Of a stretch of DNA of 64,000 bases, positions 12,997-28,290 are shown piece by piece. The notes beneath the pieces were generated by a model that worked only from the letters and a program-made list of their open reading frames with translations, ran no database searches and had not been told where the DNA came from. Numbering within the stretch: the first letter of the stretch is position 1; each line of letters opens with the position of its first letter. Both the position numbers and the translations under genes were made by a program. The stretch comes from the human T2T-CHM13v2.0 reference genome, Homo sapiens: assembly GCF_009914755.1 (NCBI RefSeq), contig NC_060931.1; one strand, 5' to 3'.

Positions 12997-13424
12997 TGTG
13001 AAGGTTATCAGAATCAAAATAGAATCACTAATGTTAAGAAAACCCCTATAAATAGAGACAGGGAAAGCCATGAAGAGAGGGTTCTCACATTTATATGCCT
13101 GATAACAAAAAAGACTCTAAGAAAAACACAACCTTGCACAAATGCCATCGCAACCTTACACAAAAAATACTTCTGCAAGGACCTCTGCCTAGCAACTCTC
13201 TGTCCAACTTTGGACTGGCATCACCCTTGTTATTGATCTTTGTAGCCAAGGATAATAATTTCAAAACAATTATGTAATTCTCTTCATTTTTCTTTTTTAA
13301 AAACTTTTGTCTTCCTTTACCTCCCTGAATATGCATGTAGTTTACTATGTCTTATGTATTCCAATTGCAATGCTCTATTCCCAAATAAATATCTTTTCTT
13401 TTAAAGACTTTCTATAGGTTGACG
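12997..13424 (+). mobile_element. MER65-like ERV1 solo LTR
   Basis: TGTGAAGGTTATCAGAATCAAAAT...AATAAA...GGTTGACG; 4-bp TSD tatc at 12993-12996 and 13425-13428; inserted in the TCTA tract. Confidence 0.85.
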
Positions 13425-13561
13425 TATCTACCTACCTACCTTCTACCTTCTAGCTGTATTTATGTAATATTTCCATTTTTGTGACATCATATCTCTCTAG
13501 TCTTACTTCTGTGCATATGTATGTATGCAGAGATGGACTTTGGAATCATGGTAACTATTAT

Positions 13562-13949
13562 TGTATATTAGTCAGCTCAACTACCCATAACAAAATACCA
13601 CAGACTGGGAGGCTTAAACAGCAGACAATTATTTCTCACAGTTCTGGAGATTGGAATTCCAAGGTCAAGGTGACCTCTGAACCAGTTCCTGGCGAGGGCT
13701 CTCATGCTGGCTTGCAGACAGCTGCCTTCTCATTGTGTCTGTCCTCACATCATGGAGAGAAAGCAAGAGCACAAGCTCATGGTGTCTCTTCTTATGAGGA
13801 CACTAATCCTATTGGATCAAGGCCCCACTCTTATGATCTCATTTAATCTTAATTACCCCTTAAAAGCCCTCTCTCCATATACAGTTACTTTAGGGGTTGG
13901 AGCTACAACATATAAATTTTGGGGGACACGAGACATTTAGTTCATAACA
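13562..13949 (-). mobile_element. MLT1A-like MaLR LTR
   Basis: ccataacaaaataccacagactggg...atttctcacagttctggag...catttagttcataaca. Confidence 0.85.
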
Positions 13950-14039
13950 CATTGGATGGCAAAATTGTTTTTTTCTCTTTGTGTCCTTTCGTATTTTTAA
14001 AATATTTTATAATAAGTATTATAAATCTTATAAAGGGTA

Positions 14040-14197
14040 AGGAGGTAGAAGTGGGGAGTGTGATGAGAAATTACTTAGTGGGTACAATGTACATTATTTG
14101 GTGATAGATACACTAAAAGCTAGGACTTCACTACATGTAATATGTGCATGTAATAAAATTGCACCAGTACCCCTTAAATGTACACAAAGAAAAAAAA
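14040..14197 (+). mobile_element. L1 3' end (L1PB/L1MA-like)
   Basis: gatgagaaattacttagtgggtacaatgtacattattt...gtaccccttaaatgtacac plus A tail. Confidence 0.8.
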
Positions 14198-15243
14198 TGT
14201 AAGCCATTTTGTAAAAAGGTATTGCTGATGTTATAGATTTTACTAGAAGTAATAATAGCTAGCATCATCGCTATAGATTTTTTAAATGAATCACAAGCAC
14301 CTTCATTTATTCATGTGACTCCAATCAACTCAAGGTCGGTAGGGAAACAGGCTCAGAGAGACTCTGGTGTCCCAGCTGGTGAGTATCAGAGTCTAAACTC
14401 ACAGCTTTATTTTTCAGCATCCTTTCTTTTTTTCTACGTGATAAAAGGTTGTACATTTCAAGGTGAGTCTCAATCATTTCCCGTCATGCGTTTACAAATT
14501 CAGTAACAAAGTTTAAGGTCTCACACAGTAAAAATCAATTTGCTTCTGTATTTGGGAAGAAGTAAAAACAGCATTGTTGTCCTTAAGAAATTATTGTTAC
14601 AGGAAGGAGAGTTCTACTCCTTGTTACCGTAGCCTCTCGTGTGGCTGCAGCGACACAGAAATTGGAGCCTGGTGGAGGAGTGTGGCTCTGCTCCTCTACT
14701 GCCGGCCTCACCCGACCCAGGAGGTCACCGTGCTGGGTGACTCAGCTCCTGGCCTTTCAGAGGGCAAAGTGGTCTGGAGAGCTGTCAGCTGGTCCTCAGA
14801 TATCCCATTTGTTGAGGTCTGGCCCCACATGGCATGCTCCAGCACACATCGTTTTTGTCAGATGTTCCTGAGAGTTGGATGCCCAGGTGGGAGAGGCTTG
14901 GAAGGCAACCACGCCCACCACCCATTTGGATGACGCTCCTCCTCTCTGAGCCCTCCAGGTAATCACAGCTGTCAGCTTTGGCTGTGCCCAACTGCTCCCT
15001 GGGTCTCCTTCAGCCTTCTCTGTTGTCTCTTCTTTAAGAACAAGGTGTTCTTCCGAGCAGACCAGTTCTCCATCAGGCACCAAGGAGTCCCTCCATGAGG
15101 CCCGACAGACACACATCTGCTCTTTTCCCACCGAGTTCACCCACTGTCCCGTGCTCATGCCCATTTCTGATGTCCATCCTTGCTAGTCATTCCTTAGGCT
15201 CTTCCACTATTCAAATCATTTCACTAAGGAGTTCTGGTCTTTC

Positions 15244-15350
15244 AAATATCTTTTCTTTTAAAGACTTTTTCTGTTATTTAGGTTGACATATCTACCTGCC
15301 TACCTACCTTCTACCTTCTAGCTGTATTTATCCAGTATTTCCATTTTTGT
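15244..15350 (+). repeat. Local copy of 13387-13482 (MER65 3' end plus flank)
   Basis: aaatatcttttcttttaaagacttt...ggttgac..tatctacc...ctagctgtatttat...atttccatttttgt occurs at both sites. Confidence 0.95.
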
Positions 15351-15574
15351 TTCAAACTATGCATTCATTGTTCATGAGGACTGAAAAGAATCGAATTTGG
15401 ATTTGCAGTGACCTGCATTTGTGATTTCAGACTTTGTTCTTTAGGTTTCTCCCCATCGTTGCTGCACATTTCTCTCCTCTGCCCTGGCTCTCTCTTCTCT
15501 CTACCTTTGAGGCTCCATGAAAAATTCACCCCCCACAGGTTCCACTGTAAATAGGCTCTCGGGAGGTGTCGGTC

Positions 15575-16264
15575 TGTGGCAGGCCAATTCTCCGACAGTT
15601 ACACAGACAAATTTCCACAGCACTGCCTTAACATTGAGCAAATAATTAAACCTGGGGAAACTGATGCCCAGACATCAAAGCTAGAAAGGAAACATATGGT
15701 CAGTAGGAGCCTTGCACAGACTTTTCCCTAACCTGGAGCAAGTCAAAATAACGGAGACAGCCTTCCATTCCTCGTGCCAGGACCTGTCTCAGGTCGGCAA
15801 AATCTGAGATGAGTCAAGGGAACACAGGCAGCTGTTTAAATAGATTTATTAGAGAATTGAAGGCAGCTGTCCTGACCAAGCTGTAAATGAGATAGCTAGA
15901 AATAATCACTCCGGTACCACAGTCCTCACTAATTAGAATTTAGGAGACAGGCCTTGAAGGTACTAGGGCCCTCACAGCCTGATCAGACTTAGAAAGCATT
16001 TTTTTTTTGGCCTCTGACCTTCTAGTTAAAACAAAATTAGTTACCTGTAGACTTAGGCAAATGTGATACCGCTCATAGGCACATGACCCTAACCTGTATA
16101 AGCACTAAGAAAATTGTAACACTTTGAGTTGGTCTGGTGGAATTATCTCTGGCCTTCTCCCTATAGCTGGTTACAGCAATAAATTCCCTTCTTTCCTAGT
16201 TTGTCTGCTTCTCATTACTGGGCCATAAGAAAACTCAGCCGGACTCAGTTTTGTTCCTGGAACA
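15575..16264 (+). mobile_element. ERV1 solo LTR (MER39/MER34-group-like)
   Basis: TG...CA termini (TGTGGCAGGCC...CCTGGAACA); TATAA-like box and AATAAA in the 3' third; imperfect 4-bp TSD ggtc/agtc. Confidence 0.75.
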
Positions 16265-17929
16265 AGTCCACAGGGAACTACCTTTTTTGCTGAAAGTGAA
16301 CTGTGGGCCCAGCTGTGTCTTGCTGCTGGGAACATCATGGGGACTGGTCTAGCCCCCTCAGCGCCCTGGCCTGGTTGAGCCTCCTCTTCTGGGCAAATAT
16401 GCCTTCAGCATCTCAGAAGAGATACATTCCATTGGTTACTCATTCCCGTGGAGTGGGTTCTCCTGCCTGACAGCTTCACCAAGAGTCTGGGAGTGGTGCC
16501 AGTTGCCACGGACGGGCTACAGGCTCATCCCTGAGTCAGCCACCATTCAGAGTGAAGGGAGTTCATGGTGGGCACAGCCCTGAGCTAGGGGATGGGGTCA
16601 GCCCTCGGGACACAGGCACTGGGGATGCCAGGCAGGGAAGAACACGTCTTAACTTCTAGAGGGAAGTGTAAAGTGGACAACCTTTTTGTGCACAATTCAA
16701 CTTCTTTCTTAAATTGGCCCCCTTGCACTGCTAATGTATACTCTCTTTTTTCTTTGCTTAAGAAGATATAGTCCAAGCACTGCTGGGAAAATATTTTGTT
16801 TCTTTGATATTCACAAGAAAATTTCCTTTTGCACACACAAAATATAAAGTCAATAGTTCTTTTATTCATATTTTTAGAAGTCAAGATGTTTTCTTATTTT
16901 TATTTTTTAAGGAGTGAATTTCAAAATGTTGAAAAGTCATGTTCTCATATTTGGTTGTGAGCTCTTTAAATATAGTAATTTATGGAGGAGGAGGTCTAGT
17001 TGGGTGTTAGTCAATATTATTTCAAAATTATTACAAAATTATTACTTAAACATTCCTTCACTATGTAAGCACAATAATCGCATCTAAGTGCAGCCGCCAC
17101 TACCCCTCACTGGGCGGGACTCCTGGGCCCAAGGCTGTCTCTGTCAACTCCTGTCTCATTTCCTGGGGGCCCCGCCCTTAGCGGTTTTCCAGTAGATATA
17201 AATGTTATTTGCTCTATTGTTATATCTATTTTATTAAAAGCAAAACTTCCTCAGTTTCCTGCTAGCTTGTTTTTAAAAAAGGTTTCTACAATTTATACAA
17301 CATTCCATTTAAGAGTTTTTTTCTGAGTTAGGAAAGGAAGTCTCCCCTTCCGCTTGGTTCAGAATTAGAGAGACACTCCCCTGCCCCACCTCACTGAAAT
17401 TCATTTGTTTATCTCATTATTTCAGCTGCAGTTTTCTAGAGATATGCAAACCACCAGAGTAAAAATTATTAAATGAGAATGTCCCCCAGCAATTAAGGGG
17501 AGCAACGTGGGGGAAGGGTAAGTGCATTCACTAGGGGTGACAGCCTGCCTTCCTATGATAGCGGGAAAATGGCATTGGATAATCCCTCCCAAGTCTTATT
17601 TCTGGGAAAAATTAATATCTTTGACACTAAGCTTATTGGTTTCTAGTCTTTACCTCTTAATTTATCTTTCTTCCCAAGATTTGTCCTTAAACAAAGCAGA
17701 TAATAAAGTACACATGATGCGATGGCAGTGTGAACAATTCAGGACGTGAAATAGAATTCCACCATCCAGGTGAGCAAGGCTCATGACTGAAATGGCACTC
17801 GGGCAGCCCCAGCAGCAGGGCTGGGGTGAGCCTGACAGGAGCAAGGACCCTCGGAGAGTCTCCCCATGCCCAGGTGGGATGCCCAGGGAAGAGAGGGTGT
17901 CCCAGAGGGGCTTGAGCTGAGAGGAGAGT

Positions 17930-18320
17930 ACAGAGACCAGACCATGTGGACAGGTTTGGAGCTTGCTGGTAAGAAGAAGACCACCAAGGATGCTTGAACA
18001 GAGAGGTGAGCTTGGAGATCAGACCATGCTGATGGGCTTGGAGGGGCAGGCAGGGATAGAGAGTGTTCAAGGCATGTGTGAACAGAAGGTGAAGAGAGAG
18101 CAGCCTTAGGGAGGGAGTGGGTCCAGCCGTCAGGGAAGGAGCATCCCTGAGAAGGCAGGCAGAAGTGCGAGGTGGAGGCCAGGTGGTGTGGATGGGGCAG
18201 GGATGATTCAGCAGAGTTGATAGGAGGGCCACACCCTGCCCAAGGGCGGTGGAGGGGAAGGGAGCTTCCAGTCTTTGATTGTACTCCAGGGACATGGAAA
18301 GACTTGCTCTTGGGTCTTTG
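17930..18320 (-). mobile_element. Degenerate L2 fragment
   Basis: Purine-rich antisense-L2-like text; probably explains the 242-aa ORF 17687-18415. Confidence 0.4.
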
Positions 18321-19119
18321 CCGGGGAAATGGTTATAAGGGCCAGCATGGGGCGAAGTGGATCCTGGTGATCCCTGGTGGCAAGTGACCAGTGGGCCAAG
18401 CCCTTGGAGGAACAAAAGAAGTTACTTTAAGGGAGCAGGGGCGGGGAAGGAATTTTGCCTGGAGGTGCCTGACACCCTGGCATGGAGAGCAGGTGGGGCA
18501 CCCCATGCCTTGAGAACTGGGGTCCACACATTAAGGATGGCTCTGGGAGTGAGCAGGATGGAGGAGGGGTGTGGAGCCGCCTTCTGAGAAGCTTGCCCTG
18601 TGGCTTTTTCTTCCGTCTCCCTTCAGTCTCTGAGTGCTGTTTGGCCCCAGCAGGTGCCTTGCTTGTCTCTCTGTTGAGCACAGCAAACCCCTTCCCTCGT
18701 TGTCCACTCAGCCACCTCGAATCACCATGGAGCCTGCCTGAATGGCCACTTGCTGGGGTTCCTGGTTGGACCTAGCTGGTGAGGCCCCACCACTGCCTCC
18801 CTATGATGCTGATTGCAACAGAAACCACTGGCAAAATAAAAGTACAATTACCCAAGGACTCAGAGAAGTAAACAAAGCCACTGAATGTGGAATAGTCAAA
18901 ACCTGATTTAGAGACCCACAGAGTGAGTTAGTTCCCCATGTTTTTTTCTTTGCTCTCTCATTCTGAACCCAAGGGCTGGTTCCAGGTGCAGAAATGTGCA
19001 GTGGCAGCAGAGACCAAAACTCCAACAGAAACCCCGTCTTTCCAGCCAAAGGAAGAAGGATAGGGCCTCTAGTTCCCATGAATGCGGAAGATCTTTGCTC
19101 TCCCTCTTTGCTGGAGCTG

Positions 19120-19490
19120 TGGAGCTTTGTGCTGAGCTGATGTTAGCAGTTACAGCTCTGAAAGAAACCCTGCCCTCTCCACTCAGCCAAACCAGGAAAA
19201 GGAGCCCTGGCAGGAGGGTCCCTCACCTCTGTGGAGGGCTGCAGTCCAGGGCTCACCTCTGAGCTGTGCGTATGTAAGACAGAGCAAAGGCTTTGCAAGC
19301 TGAGCAGAGATCAGAGCCACTGAAGGAAGTGAGGAGAGCGGATGGCTGGAAGCCGCTTGGACTGGCTGCCTGAAAGCAAGCAAGCAAGCAAGCAAGCAAG
19401 CAAACAAACAAACAAACAAAAAACAGCATCCTCTAGGGGGATCTAGAGTCTAGATGACATAATATTAAAATGTCCAGGACTCTATTCTGA
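19120..19490 (+). mobile_element. Ancient L1M 5' fragment with (GCAA)n(CAAA)n
   Basis: aaacagcatcctctagggg...aaaatgtccaggac resembles L1M 5' region; STR at 19375-19422. Confidence 0.45.
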
Positions 19491-20049
19491 GGAGGTGACA
19501 CTGATGGCCAGACCTAAAGCTCAGAAGGTGAAGGGTATGCTTGTCAGGCGCACAGCCTGGGCAAAGACCCTGAAGTGCTGGTTGGTGAAGTGCGCTGAGG
19601 TCTCTACAACAGGCAAGGCTGAACAGGGCCTGGTTGGCTCAGCCCTGTGGGTGTGGTGAATGGGTGCTGGCTCCAGGCTGCAGCTACCTACCTGTGTCCT
19701 GCAGGGCCCAGGAGGTGGTGCCCATTCTCTGCTCTAGGTAAGGGCATACCTTCTGGTGTGTTACCCTCCAGCTGTTTGCTTTTTTTTGGACAGGCTGTTC
19801 TTGTCACTGGAGTGGTAAAGTGCAGAGAGCCCATTGAGCCTGGGAGACGGAAGAAAGGGGGCCACCTGTCCTGGTTGGTTCTACACCCTCTGTCACTGTG
19901 CCCGGGCAAGTGTCCCCTGAGGGTCATCAGGCTCACAGGGCTGAGCTAAGTGTTCTGATCCAAAACCTCCTAGGAAGGACAAATGTCTGCTGTACTCACA
20001 TTTCCCCGGGACCTTACCGAAAAGGCGCTGAGGGATACTAGGTTCCTCA

Positions 20050-20320
20050 TGTGTGTGTGCACATGTGTGTGCATGTGTGTCTGTGTGTATTTGAGTGTCT
20101 GTGTATGCATGTCTCTGTGTTTTTTTTTGTGTACATGTGTCTGGGTGTATCTCTGTGTGGATGTTTGCGTGCATCTGTGTCTGTGCATGAGCATGGTGTG
20201 TGTCTTTGTGTGTGTGTGAGAGTGCATGTTCATGTGCATCTGTGTGTCTGTGCCCACATACATGCATGCCTCTGTGTTTCTGTGTGTGCTTTGCATGTGC
20301 GTGTATGCCTCTGTATGTAG
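20050..20320. repeat. Degenerate (TG)n/(TGCATG) repeat
   Basis: Visible directly. Confidence 0.9.
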
Positions 20321-21126
20321 GACTTGGACGCAGACATTTGGGATTATAAGTAAACTCTCCAGCTGACAAGCCTCCTGCCACATCCAGTCTGTGTTAAATC
20401 AGCACACTATCCTCATAGTAAAATTCACCTGCTTCCTTAGCCTGGGATGACTTTATTCCCATCCCCCGCTGTCACTGTGCATGTGTGTTGACCTCCCTCT
20501 GACTGGACCAGGGCTAGATGTCAGGGCTGAGCAGAAACAGCAATGGAGCAGGCATGAAGAAATGTTGGATGAATGGAGTTTTCATAACTCAGGAATTCAG
20601 TCAAGGGAGAAAATAGTTATGGTTTTTAATTAAACTTCAAATTCACATTTTCTCGAATACCTGCTAAACTGCCCTTGCCACACTCTTAGTTTTCTATCCT
20701 CAGTGTGTGTCACATACTGGTACTTGGTAAATGTTTCTGTAAGTGGATAAATAAACAGGGATCTAGGAATGGAGAGCAGAACTAAAGTCCCATAACACAG
20801 GAGCTATAAAAGCAGCCAGGAAGCAGGGGATCCCGCAGAGGAGCAGAAGTCTTTTAGGCCTTAGTGCCTGCTCTGTGGTCAGTAAAAACACATAGTTGGA
20901 ATGCAAACAGTCTTAGCGGCTATGGTGGGAAAAGGTCAGACTGGGCTCTGAGTGATCATGACCTGACCATTCACCTGGAGGTTCCTGACTGCCCTAAGCC
21001 TTGGAATTAATGAAGTGACACAGACGAGAGCATGCTTGATAAATGCTGTTTGGGTCTGACTCTAATTTCCTGTTGGCTGGATAAATTTTAGGTTCCAGTT
21101 CCTCTTCATCTTTGGTGATACTCAAT

Positions 21127-21198
21127 TTTTTCTTTTCTCCCTTCCTTCCTTCCTTCCTTCCTTCCTTCCTTCCTTCCTTCCTTTCTTCCTTCCTTCTT

Positions 21199-21229
<31 letters not shown>

Positions 21230-21262
21230 TTTCTTTCTTTCTTTCTTTCTTTTTCTTTCTTT

Positions 21263-21310
<48 letters not shown>

Positions 21311-21363
21311 TTTCTTTCTTTCTTTCCTTCCTTCTTCTTTCTTTCTCTTTCTTTTTGTTTTCC

Positions 21364-21371
<8 letters not shown>
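21127..21371. repeat. (CCTT)n(CT)n(CTTT)n polypyrimidine tract, an expanded Alu tail
   Basis: Near-pure pyrimidine; lies inside the Alu TSDs gatac(t/c)ca(a/t)ttttttctt. Confidence 0.95.
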
Positions 21372-21892
<521 letters not shown>

Positions 21893-22761
21893 TGAACAGT
21901 AAGAGTCTGCTTATCAGCTGTTTCCAGACTTTCATTTCTATTTCTAATGGCCTCTAAAAGGAAATGCAGAGTTAGTTCCACCAGAGTGTTCATTAAGCAT
22001 CTTGATAAAAGTGGCTTCTAAGACACAGGTGTGCTAAGATTTTCTATCCTGTTACTTTAGTCAGACATGATTTATCAGTGGCTTGCATTTGCTTTTACAT
22101 TGCTTGGTGGATCTTTGTGTATAAGCATTTGCTTCTGTCATATGGAGGAAATCTTAAGACAGTAGCCTCTTGATGAGGTTTTAAGGGGTTGAGTCCTATT
22201 CACAGACAAAAGTCTCCGATGTGTCTAGAAGTGTATATTATCCTGAATGTCATATCAAATTCTGTTGAGAAAACTAGAACCATTTAAAGTACAATAGTGC
22301 AGGCTGAAGATGGAGCTCATAACGTTCTAACCTTAGTGTTCTGGAAACCCTCTCAAATATTTTAATATATTGACTTAATATTTCTAAAGGATAGTTTTAT
22401 TAAGTCTTATAGGATTATAATATATGTTACAATATCTTTCAATGCTTTATACTTCAACTACTTACTAAAAGGTTTCAAGGCAGCTTAAAAATAAAGGCTG
22501 TTGAGAAGGATTGACTTTTAAAACAGTGGATATTGTGAACCTGCTCTCCCACAAATCAACAAAATAATGGCAAAACAATAGAAACCAATACATTTTAGAA
22601 CTCTGGAAATTACCTAGAGGTACAGAACAAACTAAAAAAAGCATCCATTCAAGAAAATAAACCACTGAACCTCAGTAAGAACAGCAGAGTATGTAGTGGC
22701 TTAACTTGAGGCTCTTTTCATCTGTCCTTCCTCCCCAGCTCAGTGGCATGAGCATGATAGC

Positions 22762-22950
22762 CACACACACACATGCACACACACATATGCATGCACAAAC
22801 ATGCACACAAAACACACATGCACACACACCTATGCATGCACAAACATGTACGACACACATGCACACACATATGCATGCACAAACATGCACAAACACACAT
22901 GTGCACATACATATGCATGCACAAACATGCACAGGCGCATGCACACACAC
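22762..22950. repeat. CA-rich minisatellite, about 40-45-bp period x4
   Basis: tatgcatgcacaaacatg occurs four times. Confidence 0.9.
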
Positions 22951-24460
22951 CCAGCTGGCAGCCTCACAACCAAGTGAAAAGAATGATTATTTTGGGAGCC
23001 CTACTAAAAGCCCCATCCTCAGAATAGAGTCAGTAGTTCAACTAAACTAGAAGCAACTTGGAAAATTTCTCCCATGGAGTAGATGTTCCTTGATTTGATT
23101 CAGAATTTAGCTCTGGAAAAAAAAAAAAGCCCTATCCCATTACCGAAAACGATAGCAGTTTGCTGGCAATATTGCAGCTAGGTGAGGTTGTGATTTCAGT
23201 TAGAAACAGCCTGTCCAAACATTTAAAAAGAAGACCTGAAGAGCTAGATGACCATAGGGAACTTCCCACAGCTCTGACGTATTCCTGGATGTGTGCAAGT
23301 CTGAGGAGATGCTCAGGAAAGATCTGGGAAATGAGAAGACCATGTCTGGCTGACCTCAAGATCCTGTGTAAGCAGGAAATGAAAACCAAGGTTGTTTTGT
23401 AAGCTGCCTACAATTTTAAGGTGTGCTTTACAAACACCCTTAGCAAAGGATGGCTTAAGGTATTGAAGAACATTTTCTGATTGATATTTGGCTGACCGCT
23501 AAACTGTACTGAACTTAGGGTAATTTTTAGGGATCCAGGCTTAAAAATGAAAATAAAAACTTAAAAGAACTCTAGCAGAGAACTCAATGACAGCACATTG
23601 CAAGGAATATAGAATCTACAGAATTAATCCTAGAAAGTTATTAAAATAAGCAGCTTCAAGAGCAAGAACAATGAAATAGCAGCAACAACAAATTCTGGGG
23701 TGAGGGGATAATCTGACCAGAGTTGTTACAATATGTTACCTAAAATGCCCGGTTTTCAACAAGAAGTAAGACATAAAAGAAGCCCAAGGAATGTATGGAC
23801 CATGCACAGAAAAAATAAATAGCAGCCAATAAAAAGTGTTCTGAGTGGCCCAGTTGTTGGACTTTGTACACAACAACTTTGCATCAGCTGTTTTAAATAT
23901 TTTCTCTCTTTTTTTTGCCAACTAAAGAAGACATCCAATATAAATATTTTCAAAGGACTAAAGGCAACTATGTTTAAAGAGTTAAAGGAAAGTATGGCAA
24001 CTACGTCTCACTAAATAATGAATATCAGTACAAAATAGAAATAATAGAAAAGAGCTAAATAGAAATTCTGGAGTTGTAAAATATAGTAACTTCAGTAAAA
24101 AAATTAAAACAAATTTGAGTTGGCAGAAGAAAGAATTAGTGCATTTGAAGAAAGACCACTAGAGATTATCTAGTCCAAGGAACAGAAAGAAAAAAGAATG
24201 AAGGAAAATGAACAGTCTCAGAGATCTATGGGTCACCATCAAGTATACCAACATAATGGTAGTTTCAGACGGAGAGGTGAAGGAGAGAGGAAGAAAAAAA
24301 CTATGTGAAGAAATAATGGCTGAAAATTTTCCTATTTTGATGAGAAACATATTTACTCACCCAAAAAGTTCATAAAAGAAGTTCTATGTAGAACAAACAA
24401 AAAGAGATCTAAATGTAAACATATCATAGTCAAACTGAAGAAAGTCAAAGAGAAAATCTC

Positions 24461-24808
<348 letters not shown>

Positions 24809-26664
24809 TTAGATTAACATTTGACTTCTCATCAGAAACCATGAGAGTCAGAGGACAGTGAAATGACATATTCAAAATGTTGAAAGTGTTGAAAGAAAGA
24901 CTGTCAACTCAAAATTCTATATCCAATCAAATTATTTTTGAAAAGTGAAGGAGAAATAAAGACATTTTCAGATAAACAAAGACTGAGATAATTCATTGTT
25001 GGGGACATGACTTATAAGAAATATAATGAGAGTCTTTCAGATTGAAAAGAGAGGACACTAGACTAGCAACTCAGATCCACATGAAGAAATAAACCAGCAA
25101 AGGTTATTGTACAGGTAAAAGATAAAAGACAAAAGATAGTATAAAGATATATTTTTAAACTCTTTTCTTCCCCTAACTGATTTTAAATGACAACTGAAAA
25201 AAACAATTGCAAAATGGTGTTATAAGCTTTTAGTGTATAAAGTTGTAATTTATATGACAATTATAGCACAAAGGAGTGGGGAGAGAAGATACTATACTGA
25301 AGTCAAGTTTCTCTATACTATTGCAATAAAGTTAAGATTAAGTTAAAATATGTAATGTAATCCTCAAAGCTAGTGCCAAGAAAATGACTTAAATATTTAG
25401 TAAAGATAACAAAGGAAAATTTAAGAAATATTAGAAAAGAATAAAAATCCCAAATCAACAACCTAGGATTTTATTCAAGAATCCTAAAAATAAGAGAAAA
25501 CTAAATAATTAAGATTAGAACTGAAACCAATGACATAGACATAGAAAAAATATGGAGAAAATCAGTAAATCCAAAAGTTGGTTTTTTGAGAAGATCAACA
25601 AAATTGGCTAACCTTTTTATTATTGAAAAAGAGGAAGAGGAGACACAGATCATCAAAATTAATAATGAAAAAGTGGTATTACTATTGATCTTTCAGAAAT
25701 TAGAGGATTAAAAGGGAATACTAAAAATAACTTTATGCCAATAAATTCAACAACATAGATGAAATGGATGAATTACTAGACAGACACATATTACTAAAAC
25801 TGACTCAAGGAGAAATTAAAAATCTGAATAGAACTATGAGAAGTAAAAATATTTAATTAGTAACTTAAATTAGTAATTTATAAACTTCTCACAGAAAAAG
25901 CCCAGGCCCATATGGCTTCATTGGTAAGTTCTACTAAACACTTAAAGAAGAATTGACAACAATTCTTCACAAACTAGTCTAGAAAATAGAAAAAAGAGTA
26001 ACAGTTCCCAACTGACTGTATGAGGCCCTGATACAAAAGTCAGTCAAACATACCACAACAACAACAACAAAAAAACGAAACTACAAACCCACATCTCTTA
26101 CGAATATAGATGCAAAAATTATCAACGAAATACTAGCAAACTAAATCCAGCAAAATCTAAAAATGGTTAGACACTATGACCAAGAGGGATTTATCCTAGG
26201 ACTACAAAGTCGATTTAACATTCAAAAAATCAACTAATATTAATAGAAGAAAGGACAAATGCCACATGGTCACTTCAATAGATGCAGAAAAAGTATGTGA
26301 CAAAATCCAACGTCCATTCATGACAAAATACTCTCCATAAACTTGGAAAAGAAGGGAATTTCCTCAGCCTGATAGAAGTCATCTACAAAAAAACCTAAAC
26401 TCATAGCAGGCGAAGATGTGTACACTTGCCACTTCTTTTCAAAACTTGCTGGAGGTTCTAGCCAGATCAATCAGGCAAAAAAAAAAAAGAAAAGAAATGA
26501 AAGGTATCTACATTTGAAAGCAAGAAGTAAAACTGACTGTGTTTGCAGAAGACATAATCTTGCATGTAGAAAATCCTAAAGAATATACACACACACAAAT
26601 ATACACACATACAGGCTGTTAGAACTAATGATCAAGTATAACAAGGATGTACTATACAAGATCA

Positions 26665-26802
<138 letters not shown>

Positions 26803-27504
26803 TTATTTACAAATAACCTGAAAATGAAAGTAAGAATACAATACCTCTTACAATAGCATCAAAAAGAATAACATAAGTAAGAATAAATTTATCAAAAGAA
26901 GTACAAAAATTGTATACTGAAAATTATGAAACATTATTGAAGTTGCCAGCCAAGATAAACTTAGATTCTTTCATTACTGTATACCAAAATAACTCAAAAT
27001 GTATCATAGACTTTAAGGGTTAATAAAATAAAAATCTTGAAGAAAACCTAAGAGAAAATCTTTGAGACCTTGGGTTAGGCAAAGATATCTTAGATATAAC
27101 ACCAAGAGCACAGTTTGTAAAGGAACAAAAACTATAAATTGGACTTCGTCTTAACTTTTTTGCTTCAAAAGAAATCATTAAGGAAAGGAAAAGATAAGAA
27201 CATATTTGGAAAAATACTTGAATAATAAATGCTGTTCAAAAGAAGTTCAAATCAAAAAGTTGTTCAGAAGAGAAGGAAAGCTAATGTGATAGTTCAATGA
27301 GTCGTGGAAGAAAAAGCTTTGAAGTTAGAAATATGCATTCACATTTCAGCTGAGCCATTTCCTACTTTTTTGCTTTGGGACACAATTTTCTGAGCCTGGG
27401 GATCATCAGGTCCACAGGATTGAAGGGTTGCTTGATGATTGTGGTTAGAGGTAAGCTCTTAACAAATGATGACTATTATTGTCGTAATAATACATGATAT
27501 GGTC

Positions 27505-27585
27505 TTATTAAATAAGATAATGCATGTAAAGCACCTAGTAGTTCCTTGTGCATATTAAATATTCAAAAATGTTATCTATTATTAA
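27505..27585 (+). mobile_element. MIR 3' fragment
   Basis: attaaataagataatgcatgtaaagcacctag...aatgttatctattatta. Confidence 0.7.
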
Positions 27586-27729
27586 TCACTAAGTTATTAT
27601 ATCAGAATCCAAAAGGAAAGCTAAAGTATGATCATGCCCCATTTTAATTCTCTGAGTACTGTAAACCGAAAAATATATAAGAATTTCCAAGTTTTAACCA
27701 ATGGAACACTTGTTTTAAAGCGATAGTCA

Positions 27730-28290
<561 letters not shown>

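Noticed and set aside
9566-13424. Two MER65 LTRs as one provirus
   Set aside because: Opposite orientations, separate TSDs, and L1/STR rather than ERV sequence between them
17687-18415. Longest ORF (242 aa, minus strand)
   Set aside because: No recognisable domain or exon context; overlaps GC-rich degenerate L2-like sequence
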